A DNA stretch of 64,000 nt from Solirubrobacteraceae bacterium. GTDB lineage: Bacteria > Actinomycetota > Thermoleophilia > Solirubrobacterales > Solirubrobacteraceae. This document shows, piece by piece, positions 18,294-27,794 of this stretch. The translations under genes and the position numbers were made by a program. A model generated the notes under the pieces. The model was not told where the DNA came from and made no database searches. It worked only from the letters and a program-made list of their open reading frames with translations. The DNA lies in the NCBI GenBank assembly GCA_036389155.1, contig DASVQN010000043.1:49209-113208 (forward strand). The letters are read 5' to 3'. Within the stretch, counting starts at the first letter, position 1. Each line of letters opens with the position of its first letter.

Positions 18294-19793
18294 ATGCGGG
18301 TCGCGATAGTGGGAAGCGGGTTCGGCGGCATCGGGATGGCCGTCCGGCTCAAGCGCGCGGGCGTCGACGACTTCGTCGTGCTCGAGCGCGCGGAGGAGGT
18401 CGGCGGCACGTGGCGCGACAACTCGTATCCCGGCTGCGCGTGCGACGTCCCGTCGCACCTGTACTCGTACTCGTTCGCGCCGAACCCGGACTGGTCGCGC
18501 AGCTACTCCGGCCAGGCGGAGATCCTCGCGTACCTGCGCGGCGTGGCCGAGCGCGAGGGGATCCTCCCCCACGTCCGGACGTCCGCCGAGGTGACGGAGA
18601 CGGCGTGGGACGACGAGGCGCAGCAGTGGCGGGTCGTCGCGGGCGGCGAGGAGCTCCGGGCCGACGTGCTCGTCGTCTCCGCGGGCCCCCTCAGCGAGCC
18701 GTCGATCCCGCGGCTGCCGGGCCTCGAGTCGTTCTCCGGCGCGACGTTCCACTCCGCGGCGTGGGACCACGGGCACGATCTGCGCGGCGAGCGCGTCGCC
18801 GTCGTCGGGACGGGGGCGTCGGCGATCCAGTTCGTGCCGCGGATCCAGCCGGAGGTGGATCGCCTGCACCTCTTCATGCGGACGCCGCCGTGGATCATCC
18901 CGCGCGGCGACCGCGACATCACGCCGGCCGAGCGCCGCCTCTTCCGCGCGTTCCCGCCCGCCCAGCGGCTGATGCGCGGCGTGGTGTGGGCGACGCGCGA
19001 ATCGCTGGTGCCGGGCTTCATGCACCCGGCCGCCGGGCGGACGCTGGAGATGCGCGCGCGGCTGCACCTCTTCCGGCAGGTGCGCGACCCGGCGCTGCGC
19101 GCGAAGCTCACGCCGTCGTACCAGGTGGGCTGCAAGCGCGTGCTGGTCTCCGACGACTTCTATCCGTCGCTCGCGCAGCCGAACGTCGAGCTCGTTGCCG
19201 ACGGGATCCGCGAGGTGCGCGAGCGCTCGATCGTCAGCGGCGACGGGACCGAGCGCCCGGTCGACGCGCTGATCTTCGGGACGGGGTTCCTGACGACGGA
19301 GTGGCCGTTCGCGCACCGCGTGCGCGGCCGCGGCGGGGAGCTGCTGGCCGACCGCTGGCGCGAGGGCGCGAAGGCGTACCTGGGGACGACCGTCGCCGGG
19401 TTCCCCAACCTCTTCCTGCTCTACGGCCCGAACACGAACCTCGGGCACAGCTCGATCGTCTACATGCTCGAGTCACAGATCAACTACGTCATGGACGCGC
19501 TGCGCGTGCTCGGCGAGCGCGGCGCGTCGAGCGCCGAACTGCGGCCCGAGGCGCAGGAGCGCTTCGACGCCGAGATGCAGGAGCGCCTGTCGGGCAGCGT
19601 CTGGAACGTCGGCGGGTGCGGGAGCTGGTACCTCGACGCCAACGGGCGCAACGCGCTCATGTGGCCCGGGACGATCCTGCGCTTCCGCCACCGCACGCGG
19701 CGCTTCGACCCGCGCCCCTACGTCCTGCGCGCCGAAACCGGGCGCGTCGCCGTGCATCCGATCGAGGGGGAGGCTGCGCAGTCCCATGCATGA
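18294..19793 (+). CDS. flavin-dependent Baeyer-Villiger-type monooxygenase
   Basis: GSGFGG FAD motif, BVMO fingerprint FSGATFHSAAWDH and a second Rossmann motif GTGASA. Confidence 0.85.
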   Translation: MRVAIVGSGFGGIGMAVRLKRAGVDDFVVLERAEEVGGTWRDNSYPGCACDVPSHLYSYSFAPNPDWSRSYSGQAEILAYLRGVAEREGILPHVRTSAEVTETAWDDEAQQWRVVAGGEELRADVLVVSAGPLSEPSIPRLPGLESFSGATFHSAAWDHGHDLRGERVAVVGTGASAIQFVPRIQPEVDRLHLFMRTPPWIIPRGDRDITPAERRLFRAFPPAQRLMRGVVWATRESLVPGFMHPAAGRTLEMRARLHLFRQVRDPALRAKLTPSYQVGCKRVLVSDDFYPSLAQPNVELVADGIREVRERSIVSGDGTERPVDALIFGTGFLTTEWPFAHRVRGRGGELLADRWREGAKAYLGTTVAGFPNLFLLYGPNTNLGHSSIVYMLESQINYVMDALRVLGERGASSAELRPEAQERFDAEMQERLSGSVWNVGGCGSWYLDANGRNALMWPGTILRFRHRTRRFDPRPYVLRAETGRVAVHPIEGEAAQSHA

Positions 19794-20446
19794 TCATCCG
19801 CAGACTCATCTCCCTGGCCGCCGTCGCGGCCCTCGCCGTCGGCGTCGCCGCCTGTGGTGACGACTCCGACTCCAAGTCGTCGTCCTCCTCGAGCAAGAGC
19901 GCGCCGAAGCCCGTCGCCCAGATCGACAGCCTGAGCGGCGAGCTCACTGCCGTGAAGCTCGACGCCGGCTTCGTCGACGCCCTCGGCTCGCTGAAGGTCA
20001 CGCCCGGCGTGCTCGGCACCGCGAAGCTCGAGAACGGCTCGCTCAAGTTCCCGATCACCGGCGGCAACGTGACGTACTACAAGCCGGGCTCGGTCAGCCC
20101 CTACGTGCAGGGCGAGATCGACCACTCCGGCTCGGGCTTCAGCCTCACCGCCGGCGGCAAGAAGGTCGACCTCGAGAACTTCGTCGTCGACCCCGGCACG
20201 TCCACGCTCACCGGCAAGGTCAGCGTCGACGGCAAGGTCGCCGCGAAGAGCGCTCCGCTGTTCTTCCTCGACGGCCGCACCCTGCAGCCGCTGCGCACGA
20301 CCGACGACGGCCGCGCGGTGCTCGAGGGCACGACGGTCAAGCTCAAGGACGAGGCCGCCGCGCTCCTCAACAAGACGTACGGCATCGACGCCCTCAAGGG
20401 CGGGCTCGTGATCGGCGTCGCCAAGATCACGGTCAACACCGCATAG
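19790..20446 (+). CDS. lipoprotein of unknown function
   Basis: An ATG at 19790 overlaps the BVMO stop (ATGA). Lipobox AVGVAAC-GDD is followed by a Ser-rich linker. This is the only believable part of the 1267-aa ORF 16643..20446. Confidence 0.7.
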   Translation: MIIRRLISLAAVAALAVGVAACGDDSDSKSSSSSSKSAPKPVAQIDSLSGELTAVKLDAGFVDALGSLKVTPGVLGTAKLENGSLKFPITGGNVTYYKPGSVSPYVQGEIDHSGSGFSLTAGGKKVDLENFVVDPGTSTLTGKVSVDGKVAAKSAPLFFLDGRTLQPLRTTDDGRAVLEGTTVKLKDEAAALLNKTYGIDALKGGLVIGVAKITVNTA

Positions 20447-20457
20447 CGCCCAGCACC

Positions 20458-20487
20458 GCGAGTTCGCTCGCGAAGCCGCGAACTCGC
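20458..20487. terminator. bidirectional hairpin between convergent genes
   Basis: GCGAGTTCGC-tcgcgaagcc-GCGAACTCGC, a perfect 10-bp stem. Confidence 0.55.
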
Positions 20488-20503
20488 ACCGCCCCGCGGG
20501 CCT

Positions 20504-20977
20504 CTAGGCCCGTGGGGCGGCCACCTCCGCGGCGAAGTCCCGGAGGAGTGCCCGATCGGGCACTCCTCCGGCCGCGAACAGGCGCTCGACGAACGCGCGC
20601 CACCGCAGCGCCGGTCGCATCTCGATCCGCAGCCGGACCCGCTCCTGCGCAGGGTTCCACGCCAGGTGCGGCACGCCCGCCGGCGCGACCACCTCGTCGC
20701 CCGGCCCGGCCCGCACCTCTTCGCCGCCGATCCGGAACGCGGCGGCCCCCTCCAGCACGACCCACCGCTCCTCCATCCGAGGGTGCACGTGCTCGGCCGC
20801 CCGGTGGCCCGGCCGGGTCCACAGGCTCTCCATCACCAGGAGCTCCGGCGACTCGCTCAGGAACGTGATCTCCTCGCCCGTGGCGGGGTTGACGATGGCC
20901 TCGGTCATGGCGCGCAGCCGCTCGATCGTGTTGAGTCGCCGTCCAACATCTGCCGGTCCCGACGCGTTGTAACCCAT
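20504..20977 (-). CDS. cupin domain protein
   Basis: Cupin motifs HVHPRMEERWVVLEG and PAGVPHLAWN. The start is either the ATG at 20977 or the GTG at 20992. Confidence 0.75.
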   Translation of the reverse strand: MGYNASGPADVGRRLNTIERLRAMTEAIVNPATGEEITFLSESPELLVMESLWTRPGHRAAEHVHPRMEERWVVLEGAAAFRIGGEEVRAGPGDEVVAPAGVPHLAWNPAQERVRLRIEMRPALRWRAFVERLFAAGGVPDRALLRDFAAEVAAPRA

Positions 20978-21356
20978 GATGGCTGTCGACACCTATCCCG
21001 TCATGCCCCGCCCCACCACCCTCGCGGCGCGCTCGGAGCTGCTCCGCGACGCCCGCGCGATCATGCGCGACGAGTACGCGGCCGACCTCAGCCTGGACGA
21101 CGTGGCGACCAGGATCGCGACGTCGCGACGCCAGCTGCAGCGCGTGTTCGCCGAGCTGGCCGGCAGCGGCTTCCGTGGCGAGCTCGCCGCGATCCGCATG
21201 GAGCGCGCCGCCGAGCTGCTCCACGGGCCTCTGCCCGTCGGCGAGGTCGCACGCCGCGTCGGCTACCGCCAGTCGGCGCAGTTCGCCAAGGCGTTCCGCG
21301 CGCACCACGGCCTGCTGCCGTCGCAGTACCGCGATCGCGTGCGCGGGCACCGCTGA
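20976..21356 (+). CDS. AraC family transcriptional regulator (HTH domain only)
   Basis: LSLDDVATRIATSRRQLQRVF ... VGYRQSAQFAKAFRAHHGLLPSQYR. It is divergent from the cupin gene. Confidence 0.8.
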   Translation: MMAVDTYPVMPRPTTLAARSELLRDARAIMRDEYAADLSLDDVATRIATSRRQLQRVFAELAGSGFRGELAAIRMERAAELLHGPLPVGEVARRVGYRQSAQFAKAFRAHHGLLPSQYRDRVRGHR

Positions 21357-21403
21357 CGCCGCGAGCCACTACGCTCAAGCCCTCGGCCCGGACGGCCGAC
21401 CCA

Positions 21404-21673
21404 ATGGCCATGCAGCACCAGCGCAAGGAGCGGATCGAGCTCGAGACCAACCGTCATCGCATGACGGGATCGGTCACGCTGAGCCAGAACGGCTTCCGCA
21501 GCCGGGTCTCCGATCTGCTCAACGCGTCGGAGCGCGAGTTCATCGCGCTCACCGACGTCACGCTCGTGTCACTGGACGGCGGCGAGACGACGCGGCGCGA
21601 CTTCGTGGCGGTCTCGCGCCATCACATCGTGTTCGTCGCGCCCGTGCGTGACGACGCCCCTCCGGCGAGCTAG
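21404..21673 (+). CDS. small conserved-looking hypothetical protein (89 aa)
   Basis: An ATG at 21404 gives MAMQHQRKERIELETNRHRMTGSVTLSQNGFRSRVSDLLNASEREFIALTDVTLVSLDGGETTRRDFVAVSRHHIVFVAPV, which has balanced composition. A hairpin follows at 21690..21713. Confidence 0.5.
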   Translation: MAMQHQRKERIELETNRHRMTGSVTLSQNGFRSRVSDLLNASEREFIALTDVTLVSLDGGETTRRDFVAVSRHHIVFVAPVRDDAPPAS

Positions 21674-21798
21674 ACTGAGTCCAAGTCAGCCGCTCGCTCG
21701 TCAGGGCGAGCGGGGGACATCACGTCAGTTGCCCAACGGCCGACCGCTCGTAACCGGGCGCCGAGCTGTCCGCATCTAACCCCCCCCTGAGGAGGAGC

Positions 21799-22611
21799 AT
21801 GCGCACACAGCTCGAGAATGTCCCCGCCGCGGCTCCGGCCGCGGGCCCCCGCCTGATCCGGCTGCTCGACGCCGAGCCCGACTTCGCGGAGGGCGTTCCG
21901 CCGCAGGACGCCGCGGCCGCACGCCGTCACACCATCGCCCCGGTCGTCACGGTGCCGGTCGGCGTCTGGGCGCCGCGCCGCCTGCGCAGCGCCGACCTCG
22001 TCACCGGCCCGTTCGCGGCGCTCGTCCTGCGCGGGCTGATCGCGCGCGACCTCGTGCTCGCCGACCGCGTGGCGACGCAGCTCGTCGGCGCCGGCGACAT
22101 CATCCCGCTCGGCGACTGGGACGACGGCACGGCGCCTGCCCAATGCGAGTGGCGCGTGGCGGCCGAGGCCGAGATCGCCGTCCTCGACGCGCGCTTCCTG
22201 GCCGCGTCCCAGCGCTGGCCGTGGCTGACCGCCCGCCTGGTCGAGCGCACCGCCCGCTGGGCCGACCGCGCCGCCGCGCTCCAGGCGATCACGCAGCTCG
22301 GCCGCGTCGACCTGCGCCTCGCCGCCCTGCTGTGGCACCTCGCCGACCGCTGGGGACGCATGACCAGCGAGGGCGTCGTGCTCCCGCTGCGCCTCACGCA
22401 CGAGACGCTCGGGCGGCTCGTCGGCGCGCAGCGCCCGACGGTGACGCTCGCCCTGCGCGACCTGCGCGAGCAGGGCGCGGTCACGCGCCACGGCACCGGC
22501 TGGCTGCTCGCGCCCCGCAGCCGCGAGATGCTCGAGCCCGCGCCGCGGCGGATGCCGCTGGGCGAGGACGGCCTCGGCATCCTGGAGGAAGCGCCACCGC
22601 CCGCGGCCTAG
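21799..22611 (+). CDS. Crp/Fnr-like transcriptional regulator
   Basis: A strong GAGGAGG Shine-Dalgarno sequence precedes the start. The C-terminal wHTH reads LRLTHETLGRLVGAQRPTVTLALRDLREQGAV, and the N-terminal region is beta-roll-like. It is a paralogue of the gene at 40395..41120. Confidence 0.75.
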   Translation: MRTQLENVPAAAPAAGPRLIRLLDAEPDFAEGVPPQDAAAARRHTIAPVVTVPVGVWAPRRLRSADLVTGPFAALVLRGLIARDLVLADRVATQLVGAGDIIPLGDWDDGTAPAQCEWRVAAEAEIAVLDARFLAASQRWPWLTARLVERTARWADRAAALQAITQLGRVDLRLAALLWHLADRWGRMTSEGVVLPLRLTHETLGRLVGAQRPTVTLALRDLREQGAVTRHGTGWLLAPRSREMLEPAPRRMPLGEDGLGILEEAPPPAA

Positions 22612-22635
22612 GGCCGCGCGGCGGGCGCCGGGTGC

Positions 22636-23673
22636 TCAGATCGCTGCGACGCGGACGAGCGACTTGATCGCGCGGCGCTCGTCCATCGCCGCGTACGCCT
22701 CGCCGATGCCGTCGAGGTCGGTCTCGTAGTCGAGGACGCGGCCGGGGTCGATGCTGCCGGCGAGCACGTCGTCGAGGAGCTCGGGGAGGTAGACGCGCAC
22801 GGGCGCGCCGCCTCCGCGCACGCCCACGTTCCGCATGAACATCGTGCCGATCGGCAGCTTGATGCCGTGCGGCACGCCGACGAAGCCGACGGTGGAGCCG
22901 GCGCGGGCGACGTCGAGCGCCGTGCGCATCGCCTGGTCGGTGCCGACGCACTCCAGCGTGGCGTCGGCGCCCACGCCGTCGGTCAGCGCCTTGACCGCCT
23001 CCACGGCTTCCTCCCCGCGCTCGGCGACGATGTCGGTGGCGCCGAACTCCTTGGCGAGCGCCTGGCGGTCGGCGTGGCGGCTCAGCGCGATGATCCGCTC
23101 CGCGCCGAGGCGCTTGGCGGCCAGCACGCCGGAGAGGCCGACGGCGCCGTCCCCGACCACCGCGACGGTCTGGCCGGCCTGGACCTGCGCGCAGACCGCC
23201 GCGTGGTGGCCGGTGGCCATGACGTCGGAGAGCGTCAGCAGCGAGCGCATCATCTCGTCGGAGTGGCCTGAGCCCGGGACCGTCACGAGCGTCGTGTCGG
23301 CCAGCGGCACGCGCACGGCCTCGCCCTGGCCGCCGTCGCCGTTCATCGGGAAGAAACCGCCGTTCATGCAGGCGGTGGTGATCCCGTTCCGGCAGTTGGG
23401 GCAGCTGCCGTCGCTGAAGGCGAACGGGGCGATGACGAGGTCGCCCTTCTTCAGCTGCGAGATCTCGGCGCCGACGTCCTCGACCACGCCGACGAACTCG
23501 TGGCCGATCGGGCCGGGCGGGAAGGGCGTGTCGCCGCGGTAGTACCAGAGGTCCGAGCCGCAGACGCAGGCGATCACCACGCGGACGATCGCGTCGGTCG
23601 GCTCGACGATGGCCGGGTCCGGCCGTTCGCCGGTGGTGATGGAGCGGGGCTCGTTGAAGATCGCGGCGCGCAT
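22636..23673 (-). CDS. zinc-dependent alcohol dehydrogenase (MDR family)
   Basis: CGSDLW and GHEFVGVVEDVG zinc motifs, and GDGAVG NAD motif. I prefer the ATG at 23673; the ORF-track start at 23685 is a TTG. Confidence 0.85.
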   Translation of the reverse strand: MRAAIFNEPRSITTGERPDPAIVEPTDAIVRVVIACVCGSDLWYYRGDTPFPPGPIGHEFVGVVEDVGAEISQLKKGDLVIAPFAFSDGSCPNCRNGITTACMNGGFFPMNGDGGQGEAVRVPLADTTLVTVPGSGHSDEMMRSLLTLSDVMATGHHAAVCAQVQAGQTVAVVGDGAVGLSGVLAAKRLGAERIIALSRHADRQALAKEFGATDIVAERGEEAVEAVKALTDGVGADATLECVGTDQAMRTALDVARAGSTVGFVGVPHGIKLPIGTMFMRNVGVRGGGAPVRVYLPELLDDVLAGSIDPGRVLDYETDLDGIGEAYAAMDERRAIKSLVRVAAI

Positions 23674-23736
23674 GGGCTGCACCAAAGCAGAACGGGCCGC
23701 GCCGCCTCACGCCGGCAGCGCTCGAAGGTGGCCTGG

Positions 23737-24705
23737 CTACGGCGTCATCACGACGCGACCGAAGGCCTGGCGGCTCTCGATGTACGCGTGCGCGGCAGCG
23801 GCCTCGGCGAGCGGGAAGGTCCGGTCGATCTCGACGCGCAGCCCGCCGTCCGCGACCCGTCCGATCAGGTCCGCGATCATCGCGTGGACGCGCGGGTACT
23901 CGCTCATCAGCGCCCCGCCGAGGAAGACGCCGCGCAGCGTGGTGTTCTGCGCCCACAGGTCCCTCGCCTCGACGTTCGAGCCGGCGCGCCCCGCGACGCC
24001 GACGCTGACGAGCGTCCCGCGGTAGGCCAGCGCGCCGATGCTGTCGACGAGGTTCTGCCCGCCGATCGAGTCGAGGACGACGTCCACCCCGCGCCCCTCG
24101 GTCAGCTCGCGCGTGCGCTCGACGAAGCTCTCGCTCGCGTAGTTGATCCCGTGGTCGAGCCCGAGCTCCTTCAGGCGCTCGAGCTTCTCGTCGCGGGATG
24201 CGGTGGCGATCACGGTCGCGCCCGCCTGCTTGGCCAGCTGGATCGCCGCCATCCCGACGCCGCCTGCCCCGGCGTGGATCAGCGCGGTCTGGCCGGGTTG
24301 GAGGTCGCCCGCCGTGAACAGGCACTCCTGCGCGGTGCCGTAGGCGACGGGAATGCACGCGGCCCGTGCCGCGTCCAGGCCGTCCGGGATCGGCCACGTG
24401 GACATCGCCGGCACCGCGCGCTTGGACGCATGCGACCCCGCGGCGTTCAGCGTGACGACGCGGTCGCCGACCGCGCGATCCTCGACGCCGCCGCCGACGG
24501 CGCTGATCGTGCCCGCGGCGAGATACCCGACGACGTGCGGGACGGACGGCAGCTCCGCGCCCGCGCGGTGGAGCAGGTCGCCGCCCTCGATGCTGACCGC
24601 CTCGACGTCGACGACGACGTGGCCGTCAGGGCACTCGGGATCGGGGACGTCCTCGTAGCGAAGAACGTCCGGCCCGCCGTTCTCGTAGATCACCGCCGCC
24701 TTCAT
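23737..24705 (-). CDS. NADPH:quinone oxidoreductase-like MDR protein
   Basis: An ATG at 24705 gives MKAAVIYENGGPDVL..., and the nucleotide motif is AGAGGVGMAAIQLAK. Confidence 0.85.
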   Translation of the reverse strand: MKAAVIYENGGPDVLRYEDVPDPECPDGHVVVDVEAVSIEGGDLLHRAGAELPSVPHVVGYLAAGTISAVGGGVEDRAVGDRVVTLNAAGSHASKRAVPAMSTWPIPDGLDAARAACIPVAYGTAQECLFTAGDLQPGQTALIHAGAGGVGMAAIQLAKQAGATVIATASRDEKLERLKELGLDHGINYASESFVERTRELTEGRGVDVVLDSIGGQNLVDSIGALAYRGTLVSVGVAGRAGSNVEARDLWAQNTTLRGVFLGGALMSEYPRVHAMIADLIGRVADGGLRVEIDRTFPLAEAAAAHAYIESRQAFGRVVMTP

Positions 24706-24939
24706 ACGAGCGACTCTATTCCCGGCGAGCATCGTCCTGCTTGAGCGTCGGTATGCGACGCCGATCCAGGACGACTTCGCGGGGCCGTGGGCCCGGGCAG
24801 CACGAACGCCGACGGGCGGCGGGCCGATCTGCCGCCCGCCCAGACGCTCGGGACCTGAGGGCGGAGCCCGATGTCCGTCTGGCGGGTGGCATGGTCGGAC
24901 CGCCGCCTGCCACGACCGGCCGGACGGCGTCGCGAGGGA

Positions 24940-25029
24940 CGGAGAGGGAGGGATTCGAACCCTCGAACGAGGTTGACCCCCGTTACGCGATTTCCAGTCG
25001 CGCCCGTTCAACCGCTCCGGCACCTCTCC
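24940..25029 (-). tRNA. tRNA-Ser (anticodon GGA)
   Basis: Folded by hand. Acceptor stem GGAGAGG/CCTCTCC, anticodon arm CGCGA-CTGGAAA-TCGCG, long variable arm, T-arm GAGGG-TTCGAAT-CCCTC and discriminator G. CCA is not encoded. Confidence 0.9.
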
Positions 25030-25090
25030 TGGAGGCGGGACAGGGTATCGCTGCGCCTACGCCCCCGGCGCGTGGATCGGGCGGCGTGTG

Positions 25091-25111
25091 CGGCCCGTCC
25101 TTCGCGGGCCG
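25091..25111. terminator. hairpin after the aminopeptidase gene
   Basis: CGGCCCG-tccttcg-CGGGCCG, 5 nt downstream of the stop at 25117. Confidence 0.45.
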
Positions 25112-25116
25112 GCGCG

Positions 25117-26319
25117 CTAGATCTGCCAGCGCCCGCCGACGAGGACCGGGACGCGGTCGCCGTCGCGGGTCACTCCGGTGACGTTCACGTCGGGTGCGCC
25201 GATCATGAAGTCGATGTGGATGTCGCTCGTGTTCGCGCGCGGGCGGTCGGCCTCGTCGTCGACCGTGAACGTGTAGGCCGAGCCGAGCGCGATGTGGCTC
25301 GCGGCGTTCTCGTCGAGGAGGGTGTCGAAGAAGACGGTGTCGAGCGGGCCGATGCGGCCCTCGCCGTCGACCAGCGCGACCTCGCCGAGCCGCGACGCGC
25401 CGTCGTCGCGCTGCGCGTGACCGGCGAGCGCGTCCGCGTTCTCGCCCTCGAACGCGACCGCGCGGCCGCCCTCGAAGCGCACGCGCAGGTCGCGGATGAT
25501 CGTGCCGTGCAGCTCGAGCGGCTTGGTGGATCGCACGTGGCCGTCGACGCGCTCGGGGTCGGGCGTCGTGAAGACCTCCTCGCTCGGGAGGTTCGGCATG
25601 TGGACGATCCCCTCGAGCGTCTCGAAGCGCGCCGCCATCCACGACGAGCTGGGGAGCAGCCCGACCGTCAAGTCCGTGCCCGGGCCCTCGAAGTGCAGCG
25701 CGTCGAAGCGCCGCTCCGTCAGCCGGCTCGCCGCGCCCTTGAGCGTCGTGGAGCGCTCCTGCCACGCGGCGACCGGGTCGTCCTCGTCGAGGCGCAGCAC
25801 GTGGAGGATGAGCTCCCACAGGCGGTCCAGCGCCTCGTCGGGCGGGAGGTCGGGGAAGACGACGCCCGCCCACCCCGGCGAGGGCCCGGCGATCGCCGAC
25901 CAGTTCGTCGTGCGGTCGTTGACGACGCGCGCGGCCTCGCGCAGGAAGGGCAGCTGGTCGCGGCCGGCGCGGTCGGGGTCGACGCCGTCCAGCGCGTGGG
26001 GATGAGCGATGCCGCTCAGGCCGATCCGCGCGCAGCGCTGCTCGCCCAGCGCGAGCAGGCGCTCGCCGTACCAGCTCGGGACGAACTCGAGCGTGTCCTC
26101 GGCGGCGTGCAGCAGCCGCTCGCGCTTGACGTACATGTCGAAGTACGTCGCGTCGACGAACTTGGCGCCGTGCTTGTACGCGGCGCGCGCGACCGCGCGC
26201 ACGAGGGGCTCCTGCCCGAGCTCGCCGCCGACGGCGACGATCTGCCCCGGCTGCACGTTGGCCCCGAAGCGCACGGCGAGCTCCGCAAGGCGATCGATCG
26301 CCTGCTCGCGGTCGGTCAC
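25117..26319 (-). CDS. aminopeptidase, peptidase M29 (AmpS/PepS-like)
   Basis: A GTG at 26319 gives VTDREQAIDRLAELAVRFGANVQPGQ.... The C-terminal motifs are ASHIALGSAY and DIHIDFMIG. The part of ORF 25117..26895 upstream of 26319 is junk. Confidence 0.8.
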   Translation of the reverse strand: MTDREQAIDRLAELAVRFGANVQPGQIVAVGGELGQEPLVRAVARAAYKHGAKFVDATYFDMYVKRERLLHAAEDTLEFVPSWYGERLLALGEQRCARIGLSGIAHPHALDGVDPDRAGRDQLPFLREAARVVNDRTTNWSAIAGPSPGWAGVVFPDLPPDEALDRLWELILHVLRLDEDDPVAAWQERSTTLKGAASRLTERRFDALHFEGPGTDLTVGLLPSSSWMAARFETLEGIVHMPNLPSEEVFTTPDPERVDGHVRSTKPLELHGTIIRDLRVRFEGGRAVAFEGENADALAGHAQRDDGASRLGEVALVDGEGRIGPLDTVFFDTLLDENAASHIALGSAYTFTVDDEADRPRANTSDIHIDFMIGAPDVNVTGVTRDGDRVPVLVGGRWQI

Positions 26320-26459
26320 CGCTCGGACTCCGCCTGCTCGTCGAGCTTGTCGCGCAGGTAAGCCGCGCGCTCGGCGCGGCGCTCGTGCGCGCGCTCCTCG
26401 AGCTCGTCGGGCGCGCGCTGGGCCATGTCGCGCTCGGCCTCCTCGCGCTCCGCCTGCAC
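26316..26459 (-). CDS. possible small acidic/charged helical protein
   Basis: A GTG at 26459 gives VQAEREEAERDMAQRAPDELEERAHERRAERAAYLRDKLDEQAESER. Its stop overlaps the aminopeptidase GTG (GTGA), which suggests translational coupling. The start is uncertain. Confidence 0.3.
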   Translation of the reverse strand: MQAEREEAERDMAQRAPDELEERAHERRAERAAYLRDKLDEQAESER

Positions 26460-26509
26460 GGCGCGCAGCTCCTCGGTCGACGGGTCGCCGTCCGGTCGCG
26501 CCCCGCCGG

Positions 26510-26860
26510 TCAGCGAGCCGTCGCCTCCGCGGGGTCGTCGACCATCTCGATGACGCCGTCGATGCCGGCGATCTCCACGATTCGGTGCACCGTCGTGCCC
26601 GTCGCGCCGCGGACGCACGTGAAGCGCCCGCCCCGCTCCTCGGCCGCGCGATGCGCGCCGACGACGACGCGCAGGCCGCTCGAGTCGATGAAGTCCAGCG
26701 AGCGCAGGTCGAGGAGCACCCAGGTGCCCTCCTGCAGGCGCGGCATGATCGCCTGCTCGAGCTCCGGCGCGCTGGCCATGTCCAGCTCGCCGCGGGGGGT
26801 GACGTCGACGCGCCCGTCGCGCTCCTCGACGTCGATCGCAAAAGGTTCGACCGCTTCCAT
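26510..26860 (-). CDS. STAS-domain anti-sigma-factor antagonist (RsbV/SpoIIAA-like)
   Basis: An ATG at 26860 gives MEAVEPFAIDVEERDG.... The motif LDFIDSSGLRVVVGA contains the usual phosphorylatable Ser. Confidence 0.8.
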   Translation of the reverse strand: MEAVEPFAIDVEERDGRVDVTPRGELDMASAPELEQAIMPRLQEGTWVLLDLRSLDFIDSSGLRVVVGAHRAAEERGGRFTCVRGATGTTVHRIVEIAGIDGVIEMVDDPAEATAR

Positions 26861-26969
26861 GAAGCGCCGCAGTCTACGGCGCACGACGACGGCACGCGAC
26901 CTCGGGGCCGCGCAGTTGCGTACCAACTGAGCCCGCTTCACGCGGGGTGCACTTCGGGCAGGCGAGCTG

Positions 26970-27794
26970 GTGATGGCAGCGCTGCCCACCACACGCGAAG
27001 CTCAATCCCCTGCTTCTGGCACGACGCCGCTCGGCCGCGCCGCGCGCGACGCCCGCTGGCGCCGACTGGTCATGCGCTACCAGCGCGGCGACCGCCTCGC
27101 CGGCGAGCAGCTCGTCGCCGAGCTGCTGCCGCTGGTGCGCCACCTCGCGAGCCGCTGGTCGGCCAAGGTCAGCCGCGACGACCTGGTGCAGGCGGGGCTC
27201 CTCGGGCTGACGAAGGCGCTGGACCGGTTCGACCCCGCGCAGGGAGCGTCGTTCACCGGTTATGCCGTCCCCACCATGCTGGGCGAGATGCGCCGTCACC
27301 TGCGCGACCACGCGTGGGCGGTGCGCGTCCCGCGCGCGCTGCAGGAGGACGCGATGCGCGTCACCCGCGCGACGCAGCAGCTCGAGCCGAAGCTCGGGCG
27401 CGCGCCGACGCCGCAGGAGCTCGCGGACCACCTCGACCTCGACGTCGAGTCCGTGCTCGAGGCGATCGTGGCGGGCCGCGCGTACCACTCGTCGTCGCTC
27501 GAGCAGCCGGCCGGCGGCGACACCGACGGACTGCTGCTCGGCGACACGGTCGGCGCGGAGGACGCGGAGCTCGTGCGCACGGAGCTCGCGGTGCTGCTCG
27601 GCCACGTCCGGCACGTGCTCGACGAGCGCGAGCGATACGTCCTGCATCTGCGCTTCGAGCGTGACCTCACGCAGACGGCGATCGCGCAGCGCATCGGCGT
27701 GTCGCAGATGCAGGTCAGCAGGATCCTCCGCGCGACGCTCGCGAAGCTGCGCGCGGAGATCGAGCGCCGACCGCCCACCGCGGCGGCCGCGTAA
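26970..27794 (+). CDS. SigB/SigF-type (group 3) RNA polymerase sigma factor
   Basis: Region 2 reads DLVQAGLLGLTKALDRFDP...FTGYAVPTMLGEMRRHLRD. Region 4.2 reads LTQTAIAQRIGVSQMQVSRILRATLAKLR. The start is the GTG at 26970 or the ATG at 26973. Confidence 0.85.
   Translation: MMAALPTTREAQSPASGTTPLGRAARDARWRRLVMRYQRGDRLAGEQLVAELLPLVRHLASRWSAKVSRDDLVQAGLLGLTKALDRFDPAQGASFTGYAVPTMLGEMRRHLRDHAWAVRVPRALQEDAMRVTRATQQLEPKLGRAPTPQELADHLDLDVESVLEAIVAGRAYHSSSLEQPAGGDTDGLLLGDTVGAEDAELVRTELAVLLGHVRHVLDERERYVLHLRFERDLTQTAIAQRIGVSQMQVSRILRATLAKLRAEIERRPPTAAAA

Noticed and set aside
16643-19789. The N-terminal about 1050 codons of the 1267-aa plus ORF 16643..20446.
   Set aside because: Only the last 219 codons, from the ATG at 19790 (lipobox protein), are protein-like. 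The remainder is antisense to the beta-propeller gene and out of frame with the BVMO gene.
24706-25116. tRNA-Ser as a possible genomic-island integration site.
   Set aside because: No integrase or recombinase, no transposase and no direct repeat of the tRNA 3' end were noticed nearby. The flanking genes (quinone oxidoreductase, M29 aminopeptidase) look like ordinary core genes.
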